A DNA stretch of 64,000 bases from an uncultured Sphingopyxis sp. GTDB lineage: Bacteria > Pseudomonadota > Alphaproteobacteria > Sphingomonadales > Sphingomonadaceae. The notes under the pieces are model-generated. The model ran no database searches. It had not been told where the DNA came from and worked only from the letters and a program-made list of their open reading frames with translations. Of this stretch, positions 19,115 through 28,654 are shown one piece after another. The stretch lies in assembly GCA_937873425.1 (NCBI GenBank), contig CALMYE010000303.1, positions 50,928 to 114,927 of the forward strand. Reading direction: 5' to 3'. Numbering within the stretch: the first letter of the stretch is position 1; each line of letters begins with the position of its first letter. The translations under genes and the position numbers were made by a program.

Positions 19115-19675
19115 TTATCGCGACGGGCCCCCAACGATTCCAGTGAATTTCGAGAGTGCGCGGACGCCTACCGCTGGGCGAACGCCCGTCAGCATCTTCG
19201 CGGCGAGATAGAGGTTGCGCGCTAAATTGGGCGCATGATCGGTCCCGACGGCGATTGGAATGATCCGGTTCGTATCGTTCATCGGACGCACCCATGCGAC
19301 CGGATGCCCGATCCAGGGCAAGCCGAGCCGGCCCGATCGCAGCATCGCTTCCTGCGCGGAAATGGCGCGGACCTGCCAGCCATATCGCCTTCCCAGACTT
19401 CCGAGCTTGGTCCAGAGATCGGCGCAGGGAACGCAGCCGGGCGCGGTGCTCATCTCGACGACGAAGGCCGAACTGCGTCCGCGCAGTTCCTCGGTAAAGT
19501 CCGGCGGGAAAGCGCGCGTCACCGGAACGCGCGAGAGCCAGTGGTTCATCGCCGCAGTTGTTCCGACCGGATGGATCGCGGCGCGCGCTGCATCCTCGCG
19601 GCTGACAGTCTGCGCCATGCCGGGCGAAATGACTAGGATGCTCATGCTCAGCGCGCTTGCACATCGCGCCAACAT
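19115..19675 (-). CDS. Periplasmic thioredoxin-fold conjugation protein (TrbB/TraF-like)
   Basis: Signal peptide and CVPC motif; only the last 186 aa of the 761-aa track ORF look genuine. Confidence 0.7.
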   Translation of the reverse strand: MLARCASALSMSILVISPGMAQTVSREDAARAAIHPVGTTAAMNHWLSRVPVTRAFPPDFTEELRGRSSAFVVEMSTAPGCVPCADLWTKLGSLGRRYGWQVRAISAQEAMLRSGRLGLPWIGHPVAWVRPMNDTNRIIPIAVGTDHAPNLARNLYLAAKMLTGVRPAVGVRALSKFTGIVGGPSR

Positions 19676-19739
19676 ACTGAACTCGCCTTGCAGGTAAGGG
19701 GATTTGCTCTTACCTTGTGCTATTGAAAGGACTCGCCAC

Positions 19740-19991
19740 ATGAACGCTGTTACCATTACCGCGAAAGGGCAGGTCAAGCTGCGGAAGGAATTGCTCAGGC
19801 ATCTCGGCGTCCATCCAGGCGACAAGATCAGCTTTGACAAACTCCCCGGCGGTGAAATCAAGATTCGGGCCATCAGGCCTTCCGGAAAGATTGAGGATTT
19901 CTTCGGGTCACTCAAGCGGGAAGGCCAGCGGCCCATCTCGATCGAGGAGATGAATGAGGCCATTGAAAAGGGCTGGGCCGGACAGCTGTGA
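19740..19991 (+). CDS. AbrB/MazE-type antitoxin
   Basis: VTITAKGQVKLRKELLRHLGVHPGDKI swapped-hairpin motif. Confidence 0.88.
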   Translation: MNAVTITAKGQVKLRKELLRHLGVHPGDKISFDKLPGGEIKIRAIRPSGKIEDFFGSLKREGQRPISIEEMNEAIEKGWAGQL

Positions 19992-20398
19992 AAATTACTG
20001 CCGACACCAATATCCTCGTCCGATCCGCAACGCTGGACGATCCCGTTCAAAGCCCCTTGGCAAAAAAGCTCCTGAAGGAAGCAGAACTTGTTGCTGTGAC
20101 GCTTCCGGCCTTGTGCGAGTTCTGCTGGGTGCTCAGAAAAGTGTATCGCTATGAGGCGGCAAGGGTCGCTGCATCGGTCAGATTGCTTATCGACGCCGGC
20201 AATGTCGCAGCGGACCGACAGGCTGTTGAAGCGGGGCTTGCAATACTGGAGCAAGGTGGAGACTTCGCTGATGGGGTCATCGCCCACGATGGCCAATGGC
20301 TGGGAGGCGAGACCTTCGTGAGCTTCGATCGAGGCGCTGTTGGCCTTCTGGCAAAGCATGGGCAATCTGCGATGAACCCCGATCAATCGAAAGCTTGA
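19988..20398 (+). CDS. vapC: VapC PIN-domain toxin
   Basis: KITADTNILVR, GGDFADGVI, VSFDR motifs; overlaps antitoxin stop. Confidence 0.88.
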   Translation: MKITADTNILVRSATLDDPVQSPLAKKLLKEAELVAVTLPALCEFCWVLRKVYRYEAARVAASVRLLIDAGNVAADRQAVEAGLAILEQGGDFADGVIAHDGQWLGGETFVSFDRGAVGLLAKHGQSAMNPDQSKA

Positions 20399-20433
20399 TC
20401 CAACTGCGCTGCGCTGCTCGGCAATAGACGCTG

Positions 20434-21312
20434 TCATCGACGCGGCTCCAAGCCCGCACCGACGAGGTCGCCGCCCAACACACGGGGATCGGTCGCGGAA
20501 ACCGGCCCATTGCCGAGTGCGTCGAAGAAACCATCTTCCTCGCCCGCGCCGGTCAGGAACTGTTCGGGCCGAATGTCGCCGAGCATCAGCCGCACGGCCT
20601 GGTATGTGGTCTGCGCGAGATTGGGATAGGATTCGACACCCGACGCGATCACCATCCTTGCCGAGCTGTCGCGGCGGATCACCATCGTCGTCGGTGTCAC
20701 CTCGACGCCGAAGCGCTGTCCGAGCTCCGGTCGGCGCTCGAGATCCATCTGTGTGACCTGCCAGCCCGTCTCCTCGCGGAACCGTTCGAGGATCGGCCAT
20801 TGCACCCGGCAATAGCCACAGGAATTCCGCGAGAACATGACGAGCGCGAACTGGCTTGCGTGGGCGCGGAGATACCGGCGGCGAACCGCTTCCTTCTCGG
20901 CACCCATCGCCGCGCGCGCGTCGCCGACGATCGGGTTGGCGGACTTGGCATTGAGTTCGGGGTTCTGAAGCAAGGCGATCTGAGTCACGCCTGCGAACGC
21001 ACGTGCCTTGCGCCGCGCGAAGTCCTGCAGCCGCCAGAAGTCCGCGACCGCGTCGACGGTGAGCACGGTCGCTGCATAGTCGCGTTGCTGCTCGATCAGC
21101 TTGCGGATTTTGGGCGGCGTCCATGTCGCCAGTTCCGCCATCGGCGGTATCGCCGGCTTCATCAGCGCGTCGGGCTCGGCATCCGCATCTTCGACCGGCG
21201 GCGGTGCCTGATACCACCAATAGCCCTGCTTCGGTTCGCGGGTGGGTGAGGTCGGCTGCGCGGCGGCGGGGAAGGCCGTGATGAGCGCCGCGAGGAGGGC
21301 AGGGCGGATCAC
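20434..21312 (-). CDS. traF: Conjugal transfer protein TraF (thioredoxin-like)
   Basis: Signal peptide, GYWWY motif, CGYC; GTG start overlapping the peptidase stop. Confidence 0.85.
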   Translation of the reverse strand: MIRPALLAALITAFPAAAQPTSPTREPKQGYWWYQAPPPVEDADAEPDALMKPAIPPMAELATWTPPKIRKLIEQQRDYAATVLTVDAVADFWRLQDFARRKARAFAGVTQIALLQNPELNAKSANPIVGDARAAMGAEKEAVRRRYLRAHASQFALVMFSRNSCGYCRVQWPILERFREETGWQVTQMDLERRPELGQRFGVEVTPTTMVIRRDSSARMVIASGVESYPNLAQTTYQAVRLMLGDIRPEQFLTGAGEEDGFFDALGNGPVSATDPRVLGGDLVGAGLEPRR

Positions 21313-21908
21313 AGCAGCTTCTCCATGCGGGTGAGGCGCGCGATCGGCACCGGTCCGTAATAGCGGCTGTCGAACCCGCTCGGGTGCAGCGAGCCGACAT
21401 AGATCAATCCCGGCGGGATCAGCCCGTGATCGGGCCGCCAATAGTCGAGCCGCTGGCCATTTCGCCCGTAGGGCTTGGTCACGCCGAGCAGGACGCCGTC
21501 GCAATAATACCACCCGTCCATGGCGTGGGGCTCCATCGTCGACGGTTTCTCGATCAGCGATATGCGCTCGCCGGGCATGCAAAGCGCGCGCTTGGTCACC
21601 TTGACCGGTTCGGGGCCGGCCAGCGGATGGGAGAGCATGAACAGGACGAAATCGCCCTTCTCGATCGGCCCCGGCGCCGCGCGCACCGCCCAGGCGTCGA
21701 TCGACGGCGACATCACGAGAATGGCTTGCTGCATCGCCCAGCACGTCAGAAGCCCGAGTGGCACAACGATCGCCGTCGCCTTCCAGAGCCGGTCGGGGCG
21801 CGCGGGCTCGCCGAGCCCCGGACTGCCGAGCGCAACGGCTGCGCGCCGCGGCAGTCCCTTCAAACCGATCGCCAGATGCTTACCGGCCTTCCAGGCGAGA
21901 CTGAGCAT
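21309..21908 (-). CDS. S26 signal peptidase, pilin maturation (TrhF-like)
   Basis: VMSPSI (Ser), VTKRALC (Lys), GFDSRYYGPV box. Confidence 0.85.
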   Translation of the reverse strand: MLSLAWKAGKHLAIGLKGLPRRAAVALGSPGLGEPARPDRLWKATAIVVPLGLLTCWAMQQAILVMSPSIDAWAVRAAPGPIEKGDFVLFMLSHPLAGPEPVKVTKRALCMPGERISLIEKPSTMEPHAMDGWYYCDGVLLGVTKPYGRNGQRLDYWRPDHGLIPPGLIYVGSLHPSGFDSRYYGPVPIARLTRMEKLL

Positions 21909-22773
21909 CGCGCACCTCCTCTTTTCCGCCGAGGCGGGCAATTTCTTCGAGCAAACCGGAAAGGGCGGCATCGCCGTAAGCGATATGGCTCCCGCGCGGA
22001 CTTTCCTCCTCGCGCTCGCAATAGGGGAGCACCGGATCGCCCGGGATCATGGCGAGCGCGGGCACGCGGGTGACGCCGTGCTGGCGAAAGACCAGCGGGT
22101 CGACGATCACCTGCACGTCGCGCATCACGCATGCCGGTCCCTCGCAGCCGGGATCGAGGCGGAGAATCTCGGCGGTGAGCTTCGCCATCGGCGCGACCTT
22201 GGCCATCCCGCCCGGCATGCCGCGAAACGCGAGGACACCGCGTGCCTTCTCGAGCTGCGCTGCATAGGTGCGCAGCGTTGACGACGGCATCGACGAGGAG
22301 ACGAACAGCACAGGCACCCAGCCTTTCGCCGCCGGCGCCGGACCGGCATCGGCGACGGCCTTGATCTCGGGCGCTTCGAGCCCGAGTGCCTGGCCGAGCC
22401 GCTTCGCCATCGCCTCGCGCTCTGCGGCGAAGCGGTCTTTGCCGGTCTCAAGCGCATCGCGGGCGCGGGCTTCCATCGCTGGCGACTTGGCACGGTCGCG
22501 CATCGCCTCGAAGGCGCGCCGGCGTTCGACCTCGCTCGGCTTCGGCAGGTCAGATGGGCCGTTTTGCTGTTGGGCTTTGCGGCGCGACACCGCGCCCTTC
22601 AGCCGGTCCATCGCCGCTTCGCCCTCGCGTTCTACCTTCTCGCGCGCCGACGGGTTGTCGTCGATGCCCGGCGATATTTGCGCTGCGGCAAGGCCGGCGA
22701 TGCCGGCTACGTCGGCGAGCGCCACCGCGAGTACGGCGCGGCGCCTAGCGGCCGATGGCCTGCATATAGGCAT
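21880..22773 (-). CDS. trbC: Type-F pilus assembly protein TrbC
   Basis: LFVSSSMP...AFRGMPGG and VDPLVFRQHGVTRVP motifs. Confidence 0.88.
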   Translation of the reverse strand: MPICRPSAARRRAVLAVALADVAGIAGLAAAQISPGIDDNPSAREKVEREGEAAMDRLKGAVSRRKAQQQNGPSDLPKPSEVERRRAFEAMRDRAKSPAMEARARDALETGKDRFAAEREAMAKRLGQALGLEAPEIKAVADAGPAPAAKGWVPVLFVSSSMPSSTLRTYAAQLEKARGVLAFRGMPGGMAKVAPMAKLTAEILRLDPGCEGPACVMRDVQVIVDPLVFRQHGVTRVPALAMIPGDPVLPYCEREEESPRGSHIAYGDAALSGLLEEIARLGGKEEVRDAQSRLEGR

Positions 22774-23854
22774 CGATACGATCCTTCATGTCTGACTGGA
22801 TGTCGGCCTGCGCGCGGGCCTGAACTTCCGAATAATATTCGGAGAGGTCCATTCGGCTGAAGTCGAGCGCTTGGAACTCTTCGGGCGTGAACCCGCGGCA
22901 GTTCGGCGTCTTCACCGGTCCCCAGCCATCCGCGAACGACTTCAGCTGCGGGCGGCCCTGTTCCTGGATGATGCGGCCGAGCTTGGTATTGAAGCAGCAA
23001 TGGCTGCGCGACTTCTGGACGCAGATGCCGAGGATCTTCGACGAGCAATAGGAGCCGACCTCGACGCACATGCCCGAGCCGCGTAGCATGCCCGTCTCCA
23101 TGTCCTGCTGGTCGCAGGAGGAGAGGAGGAACTCGATCATGACGTTGACCGCGAGGCTGATCGCGATCGAGGTCGGATCGATGCCGACAATGATCGCATT
23201 GGCGCCCGCGCTCGCCGCCTGGCTTGCCGTCGCGCCCGCCTGGAAGGCGGCATAGGCGGCTTGGGCTCCGGTGAACACGCCCTTGGCGATCGCGATCTTC
23301 GTCTGCGTCGACGCGATCGACGAGCCCATTCCGTCCTTGACGATCTTACCCTTGTCCTTGCAGCAGTTGGAAAAGGTTGTCTTGAGGCCCGCTGGGCGGC
23401 AGCGCAGCGCGCGGCCGCCGAATATCTCGATGTTCCCGAGACAATTGCCGTCGGTGTCGACTTCGCCGTCGGCGGGCGCGCCCGGATCGTCGACGACGGG
23501 TTCATCCTCGATCGGGTTTGCCGCGGTATCGATGCAGGCGTTCGGCGAGCAACTCGGCACGCCGCCGCTCGCCAGCGTCTCGCACGCATATTGCGAACCA
23601 AGCGGGCAGGACGACGCGCCGCCGGGCTCGGGCGCGCACGATGCCCGTTCGATCGGGCACTGCCAGCTACCACCTTGCATCCCGACGCAGCTAGCGGTCT
23701 CGCCCGCGTCGTCGGCGTCACCATTGCCATTGAGGTCGACCGCGCAAATCTGCTGCGCCTGCGCTGCCGACGCGTAAACGGCGAGCGCGAAGGCGACGAT
23801 GCCGAACAGGATCAGCGCGAGGCGCGACGGCCAGAAGAGAAAGCGGCCCATCAT
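22745..23854 (-). CDS. traN: TraN C-terminal portion as a separate secreted protein
   Basis: Own signal peptide; NCCK and CCFNTKLGRIIQEQGRPQL...CRGFTPEEFQALDFSRMDLSEY TraN signature. Confidence 0.88.
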   Translation of the reverse strand: MMGRFLFWPSRLALILFGIVAFALAVYASAAQAQQICAVDLNGNGDADDAGETASCVGMQGGSWQCPIERASCAPEPGGASSCPLGSQYACETLASGGVPSCSPNACIDTAANPIEDEPVVDDPGAPADGEVDTDGNCLGNIEIFGGRALRCRPAGLKTTFSNCCKDKGKIVKDGMGSSIASTQTKIAIAKGVFTGAQAAYAAFQAGATASQAASAGANAIIVGIDPTSIAISLAVNVMIEFLLSSCDQQDMETGMLRGSGMCVEVGSYCSSKILGICVQKSRSHCCFNTKLGRIIQEQGRPQLKSFADGWGPVKTPNCRGFTPEEFQALDFSRMDLSEYYSEVQARAQADIQSDMKDRIDAYMQAIGR

Positions 23855-25797
23855 CGCGCTGTCGCCGTGCAGGCGAGATCGGCGCCAGCGAGCCTGACCG
23901 TTTGCATCATGACCACCGCCTCGGGAAAGGTATCAAGGCAGCCGCAGGGCGTGACGATGGTCTCGCCGGGACCGGCGGGACAGACATTGCCCGGTGAGCA
24001 GGCGTGATAGAAGGTGTCGAAGCCGGTCGGGCTGGTCTGCTGCGCGCCGACGACGCCCGCAGGCGCCGCGTCGGTATTGGCTTTCGCAGAGCGCGTCTTG
24101 CAGACCGCCTCGCAAGCTGGAACCGAGCCGCGATCGGGAAGCGCGAAGGCGCGCGTAGACGCGGCGCTGCCGCCGTCGGCCGTCCGAACGCGGTCGGCGA
24201 GCAGCGTCTCGGTCGAACGATCGATGATATAGGCGCCGCGCGACAGGTCGGGTTCGGGCATCGCGCCGGTGTCGATCGCGCATTTATAGGTCCGCTGGCG
24301 CAGGAAAAAGTCGCGGGTAAGGGTAGCGGTGCAACTGCCCGTGCCGAACTGGCGCGACCGCGGGAGGGGGCGAAGGCCGGTGCCGACGCCGTTCAGAAAC
24401 GTCTGGACGCCATCGACGCTCTCGCTGTCGAGGCGGCACTTTTGATTGGCGCCAATATCTTCGCACTGGTCGACGAGCCGGTCGCTCGGTTCGCATGCGT
24501 CCGAAACGCGAATCTCGACGTCGACCAGTCCCCATTCGGTCGTGAGAGGCGCACCGCCGCCGCCGCCGCGCACGCGTGCCGACACCGTCGTCGGCCCCGC
24601 CCGCAGGTCGGTGGTAAAATCATAGGAGGTGTAATTGCGCGCCGCGCCGCCATCGGTGCGGCAGTCGCCTGAAGGCAATCCTGTCGTCAGCCACGGACGC
24701 GGCCCCGCGGAGCCGACGACGCGGCCGTTGATGCGGCCCTGGACCCAGTCGTCGGCGCCCATCTCGACGATCCGCGCCGACAGGAGCTTCGCGGGGTCGC
24801 TGACTTCGAAGCGCGCGGTGAAGATCGGCGGCGCGCTACTGCAATTGCCATCTCCGATGATGCGAAAGCGTCGGCAGCCTTCGCCGCAGCCCTGAACCGA
24901 ATAGATGACGCCCGTCGCGGAGACGATATCCTCATACGCGAGCGGCCGCAGTGTGACGTCGCGTTCGATCGTGCAGGCGCGGACCTGTTCGGCCTTGCCG
25001 ATGCCGGCGGGCGATCCCTTGAGGCTCTGGAACAGCGAGCTTCCGGCTGCGGTCGCCGCGGCGTCGCCGAGGATCGAAGTCGGACGGCCGCGATAGGCTG
25101 TTTGCGGAAGGTCCGGCAAAGCCGTGCAGGCGGTTGATTGCGCTCCGACATACTGGATCAGCGGGCCGTTGATGCGCGCCTCGGCCACGCCGACGCGGGG
25201 ATCGTGGCTCGTGAGTGCGCCGATCGCGCCGCCGCCGAGATCCTTGAGCACCGACGGCAGATTGTCCATCACGAGATTCGCGCCGCAGCTGTTGTTGACG
25301 CAGTAACAGCCCGCGAGTTCGGCCATTTCGGCGGCGGCGAGCCCCAGGTCGCCCGAGACATCGACGTTCCAACGATGATAGTTGCACGCGTTCCAGCTTC
25401 CGGGCTGGCAAGCGATGACGCCGTTGGCGCAGATGCCCGAGACGGGCACGGGCAAGGTGGACACGCGGTCGAAGCTGCCGTCGAGATCGGTGTCGCGGGC
25501 GATGCGGACGGTGTTGATGTCGCCCGTGCCGTCAGGCTGGATCAGGATTTCGAGGAGGCTCGATGTTTTCTGGCAGGCGAGACTCGGCGTAAAGCTCTGG
25601 CTGCGATCGACCGTCGCGATCGGCTGTCCGCTGAGGCCGGGGGTGAGGTAATTCTCCTGGATCGCCTTGCTGGTCGAGGACTTCGCGCGAGAAGCTTCCG
25701 CGGCTGCGCGCGCGCGGTCCTCGACTGACTGCGCCAGTGTGCTGGCGGAAGCCATTGCCGCCATCGGCAGCAACAGGAGAGAAACCGAGCGCTTCAC
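23851..25797 (-). CDS. Cys-rich secreted protein, TraN N-terminal portion
   Basis: Signal peptide, numerous Cys, lies between traU and the TraN C-terminal gene with ATGA coupling. Confidence 0.65.
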   Translation of the reverse strand: MKRSVSLLLLPMAAMASASTLAQSVEDRARAAAEASRAKSSTSKAIQENYLTPGLSGQPIATVDRSQSFTPSLACQKTSSLLEILIQPDGTGDINTVRIARDTDLDGSFDRVSTLPVPVSGICANGVIACQPGSWNACNYHRWNVDVSGDLGLAAAEMAELAGCYCVNNSCGANLVMDNLPSVLKDLGGGAIGALTSHDPRVGVAEARINGPLIQYVGAQSTACTALPDLPQTAYRGRPTSILGDAAATAAGSSLFQSLKGSPAGIGKAEQVRACTIERDVTLRPLAYEDIVSATGVIYSVQGCGEGCRRFRIIGDGNCSSAPPIFTARFEVSDPAKLLSARIVEMGADDWVQGRINGRVVGSAGPRPWLTTGLPSGDCRTDGGAARNYTSYDFTTDLRAGPTTVSARVRGGGGGAPLTTEWGLVDVEIRVSDACEPSDRLVDQCEDIGANQKCRLDSESVDGVQTFLNGVGTGLRPLPRSRQFGTGSCTATLTRDFFLRQRTYKCAIDTGAMPEPDLSRGAYIIDRSTETLLADRVRTADGGSAASTRAFALPDRGSVPACEAVCKTRSAKANTDAAPAGVVGAQQTSPTGFDTFYHACSPGNVCPAGPGETIVTPCGCLDTFPEAVVMMQTVRLAGADLACTATAR

Positions 25798-26147
25798 GAA
25801 CGATCACCGTCCACAGTGCGCGATCCATGCGCGAGCCGAAACAGGTCTCCCGCCCGGAAGTCATCGGATCCGGGCGAGAGGTGCCGATAGACGGCCTGGC
25901 CGTCGAACACCGTGAGCACCGCTTTTACCCGAGGACACGGCGGGATCAGGGCCGGTCTCGCTTGTGGCGATGGCAATTTACCCGTATCGTCTGCAGGTGG
26001 AGCGGCGCCCGAGAGGGGGCAGGGCGCCGCTCCCGCCTCGCGCGCCTGCCGGCAGCCACCGGGGCTGTGGCGGGCAGACCGGGCCGATTCCGGGCTGCGC
26101 ACGAGACGATCGGGAAGTGCCGGGTCAGGGCGTCGAAATGCCGGCAC
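25794..26147 (-). CDS. Hypothetical protein between traU and traN (5' end uncertain)
   Basis: C-terminal half (PCPLSG...VLTVFDGQAVYRHL...FRLAHG) looks protein-like and overlaps the downstream start; N-terminus unconvincing. Confidence 0.35.
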   Translation of the reverse strand: MPAFRRPDPALPDRLVRSPESARSARHSPGGCRQAREAGAAPCPLSGAAPPADDTGKLPSPQARPALIPPCPRVKAVLTVFDGQAVYRHLSPGSDDFRAGDLFRLAHGSRTVDGDRS

Positions 26148-27213
26148 AGCAGATCGCTTTCTCGAAGAGCATGAACTGGGCGTTGTCCTTGCCCGGCGCG
26201 TGTTTGCCGGAGGTCCAGAGCGCGCCGGGACGGCCGATGTTGACGCACTTGCCGCCCTTCACCGGCTCCATGAGCTGGAGTTTGTATCGGCTCTTGGTCC
26301 AGATCGGCTGCGGCTTGAACGAGCAGCCGTCCGCCGAATGGATGGTCAGCGCGCCGAGCCGGCCCATCATGAACGTGCCGCGCGCTGCCAGCCCCGCCCA
26401 GGCTTCGACGCGGTCGCCCATGTGAATGTCGCCGGCGACAGGATAGGTGCTTCCCCAACTGCCCATGCACCAGAAGAGCGGGTCGATGACCTTGCCCGCT
26501 GCCGCCGCGGCGCTGTCGGACATGCAGGCAAGGCCGGCCGCGGGATTGCCGAACAGGATGCCTTCGGGCTGGATGATCGCTCCCAGCGTCCCCGACTGCC
26601 AGGTCGGCATCACCTCGGTCATCAGCGCGACGTCGAAACCGTCATCCTCGAGGCACGGAAGATCGCTGAACATGTCGAGCATCTTCCAGACCGGCGCGAC
26701 ATAATAGTGCATCTGCGCGAACAACTTCGTCGTGTTCGTGCCGTCCGAAATCGACGACTGGCTGCCCTGGAGCTTGCCGCCGGTCGCCATGATGTCCGTG
26801 CCGAGCGCCATCATGCAGCCGGGTTCGGTCACCACGTCGATCATCCGGTTCGGAGTCCAGAAACTGACCTTGACACCGAACCAGAAGGTTGCACCTTTGC
26901 GGCACGCACACAGCGGTTTCGACGCCGATTGTGCGTCGAGCGCCTTGTCGAGCTTGTCGTAGCTGCCGGCGCGCACGCCGCCGATGGTGATGGGGAAGAT
27001 GCAGTTCCAACGCACCTTGGTGATCGGGTTGAAGATCGTGTCGCTCGGACATTTGGATGCTTGCGCTGGAGCGGGGATGAAAGCGAGAACTGCGCCGAGC
27101 CCGACGGGTACCGCCCAGCGAAAGGACCGGCGCGTCTTCTTCGGCTCGACTTGGCGCCTGGCGCCGCTGCTCCCCGATGCGGAAGTCGCGCGCAAGTGTC
27201 GGCAAGCTGGCAT
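26125..27213 (-). CDS. traU: Conjugal transfer protein TraU
   Basis: NPITKVRWNCIFPITIGG, EPGCMMALG, WCMGSWGSTYP motifs; RBS before ATG 27213. Confidence 0.92.
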   Translation of the reverse strand: MPACRHLRATSASGSSGARRQVEPKKTRRSFRWAVPVGLGAVLAFIPAPAQASKCPSDTIFNPITKVRWNCIFPITIGGVRAGSYDKLDKALDAQSASKPLCACRKGATFWFGVKVSFWTPNRMIDVVTEPGCMMALGTDIMATGGKLQGSQSSISDGTNTTKLFAQMHYYVAPVWKMLDMFSDLPCLEDDGFDVALMTEVMPTWQSGTLGAIIQPEGILFGNPAAGLACMSDSAAAAAGKVIDPLFWCMGSWGSTYPVAGDIHMGDRVEAWAGLAARGTFMMGRLGALTIHSADGCSFKPQPIWTKSRYKLQLMEPVKGGKCVNIGRPGALWTSGKHAPGKDNAQFMLFEKAICCAGISTP

Positions 27214-27584
27214 GACTTCTCCGTTCCGCCAGGTAGGGCGCTGAAAAGGTTGGATGAGGCTTCGGCGCTCTGTATGGGCGATTGGCCTGCCCGAAGCGGA
27301 GATGGACCCGCCGACATGCTCGTCGCAACCAGATGGGAAAGGATATGCCGCGGATGGGCACATCGTTGCCGCTATCAGCGGTGCGGGGCCGGCTTCCGTG
27401 ACGCTGAGGTTGGATTTGCCGATCAGATGTCTGCTCGCGGTCCCGTCGCGTCCTTGCGGACCAGACCATGGCGAAGGGAAGGCACCAAAGCTCGCTTCTT
27501 GCGAAGCGAGTTCCTCCAGGCATCAACGAAGTCGACGATCGGGCCAAATGGGACCCTGCGGAATCTTGCGAACTTCATCGAAGT

Positions 27585-27623
27585 AAAAAAAGACGCCCGT
27601 CCAGCCGGAGCCAGGCGGGCGTC
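27585..27623 (-). terminator. Intrinsic terminator downstream of traW
   Basis: GACGCCCG/CGGGCGTC stem followed by T7 on the minus strand. Confidence 0.7.
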
Positions 27624-27738
27624 AAGATGAAGAACTCTGTCTTCGTTTCCGATTAGAGCTCCCCTGGGTCGCGGCGTCCGAATAGGCGGATGACCGGATT
27701 TGCGATTGGATGAAGGCGCCAAAAAAGAGCTGGCGAAA

Positions 27739-28422
27739 TTACGGCGTGCTCGCCGAGCGTAGGATTTGGCTCGCGGGAGCCGGGCCTTTTCGTTCAAGCG
27801 CGAACTCGCTGACCTCGAGCTTTTGTCCGACCTGCGCGACTATGACCGGCGCAACGCGAAGATCGAGCCGCTCCTTCACGCGCTCTTCGAGAATGAACAG
27901 CGGGCGCGCAACCTTCTCTCCGAGTGCGATCGGGTCGGTCACCTCCGGGCCGCCTCCGGCGAGCAATATCCAGTCGCTCGCCCGCGCGTGGCCAAGCGCC
28001 CAGTTCAGGTCGCGCGAATGAACCACGATCAGGCGCTGCGGCATCGACACATAGGTGAGGGGGTTGAAGGTGTAGCCTTTGGGATAGAGCAGTTTGCCGT
28101 CGTCCAACCGGACCTCAAAATCGAGCGTGTGGAACGGCACGACGCTTCGTTTCCTGTTCGCGCGCGCAACGCCGAGGGCGGCTGACTGCATTGCGCTCCA
28201 CTTCTCACGCGGACCGAAACGACCCGCGATGCTTTTCGGCTGCTGCGCAACGCGCGCCTCGATTTCAGAAAGGGCATCGGGTTCAGCGATCGCCCAGGTG
28301 CGCCCGATCGCCGCGGTCTGTCCACGCGCCGTGGCGGCGATGACGAATGCCCCAAACACGAGCATCAACGAGGTGCCAAACTGCCAGGCGGCCACTCGAA
28401 TGCTACCGCGATCATGTTCCAC
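27739..28422 (-). CDS. traW: Conjugal transfer protein TraW
   Basis: IGRTWAIAEPDAL, YPKGYTFNPLTYV, VAPVIVAQVGQKLEVSE; GTG start with GGAGGAG RBS. Confidence 0.88.
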   Translation of the reverse strand: MEHDRGSIRVAAWQFGTSLMLVFGAFVIAATARGQTAAIGRTWAIAEPDALSEIEARVAQQPKSIAGRFGPREKWSAMQSAALGVARANRKRSVVPFHTLDFEVRLDDGKLLYPKGYTFNPLTYVSMPQRLIVVHSRDLNWALGHARASDWILLAGGGPEVTDPIALGEKVARPLFILEERVKERLDLRVAPVIVAQVGQKLEVSEFALERKGPAPASQILRSASTP

Positions 28423-28654
28423 GACGATATCTCCTCCATCTTTCTCGCGGATCGGAGCTGCCAACACCGATGATCGCACCGACAAGTGAAACCAACGAGA
28501 GAAGGCTCAGCACGACGATGAGCGATCGCGGCGAGTTCGCGATTGGGCCGGGCGCGGCGAAGAGGATGAGGGCTTGCGCCTGGCCGAGCATCAGGCCACC
28601 GACGGCCAACCTGACCGCGATGGGCGAAGGAGCGTGGGAGAGGAGGCCGTTCAT
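28412..28654 (-). CDS. Small hypothetical membrane protein
   Basis: Two hydrophobic segments; overlaps with both neighbours. Confidence 0.5.
   Translation of the reverse strand: MNGLLSHAPSPIAVRLAVGGLMLGQAQALILFAAPGPIANSPRSLIVVLSLLSLVSLVGAIIGVGSSDPRERWRRYRRGT

Noticed and set aside
19115-21400. 761-aa ORF as one protein
   Set aside because: The upstream 575 codons are an off-frame shadow of traF and antisense to the AbrB-VapC pair; only 19115-19675 has a signal peptide and a coherent fold.
27240-27310. Shared GTCCATCT...GCCTCATC words upstream of traU and dsbC as activator boxes
   Set aside because: Only 8-mers, with different spacing (39 vs 36 nt), and absent upstream of traH.
27423-27797. 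124-aa ORF in the traW-traU gap
   Set aside because: Overlaps traW and spans a terminator; no coding features.
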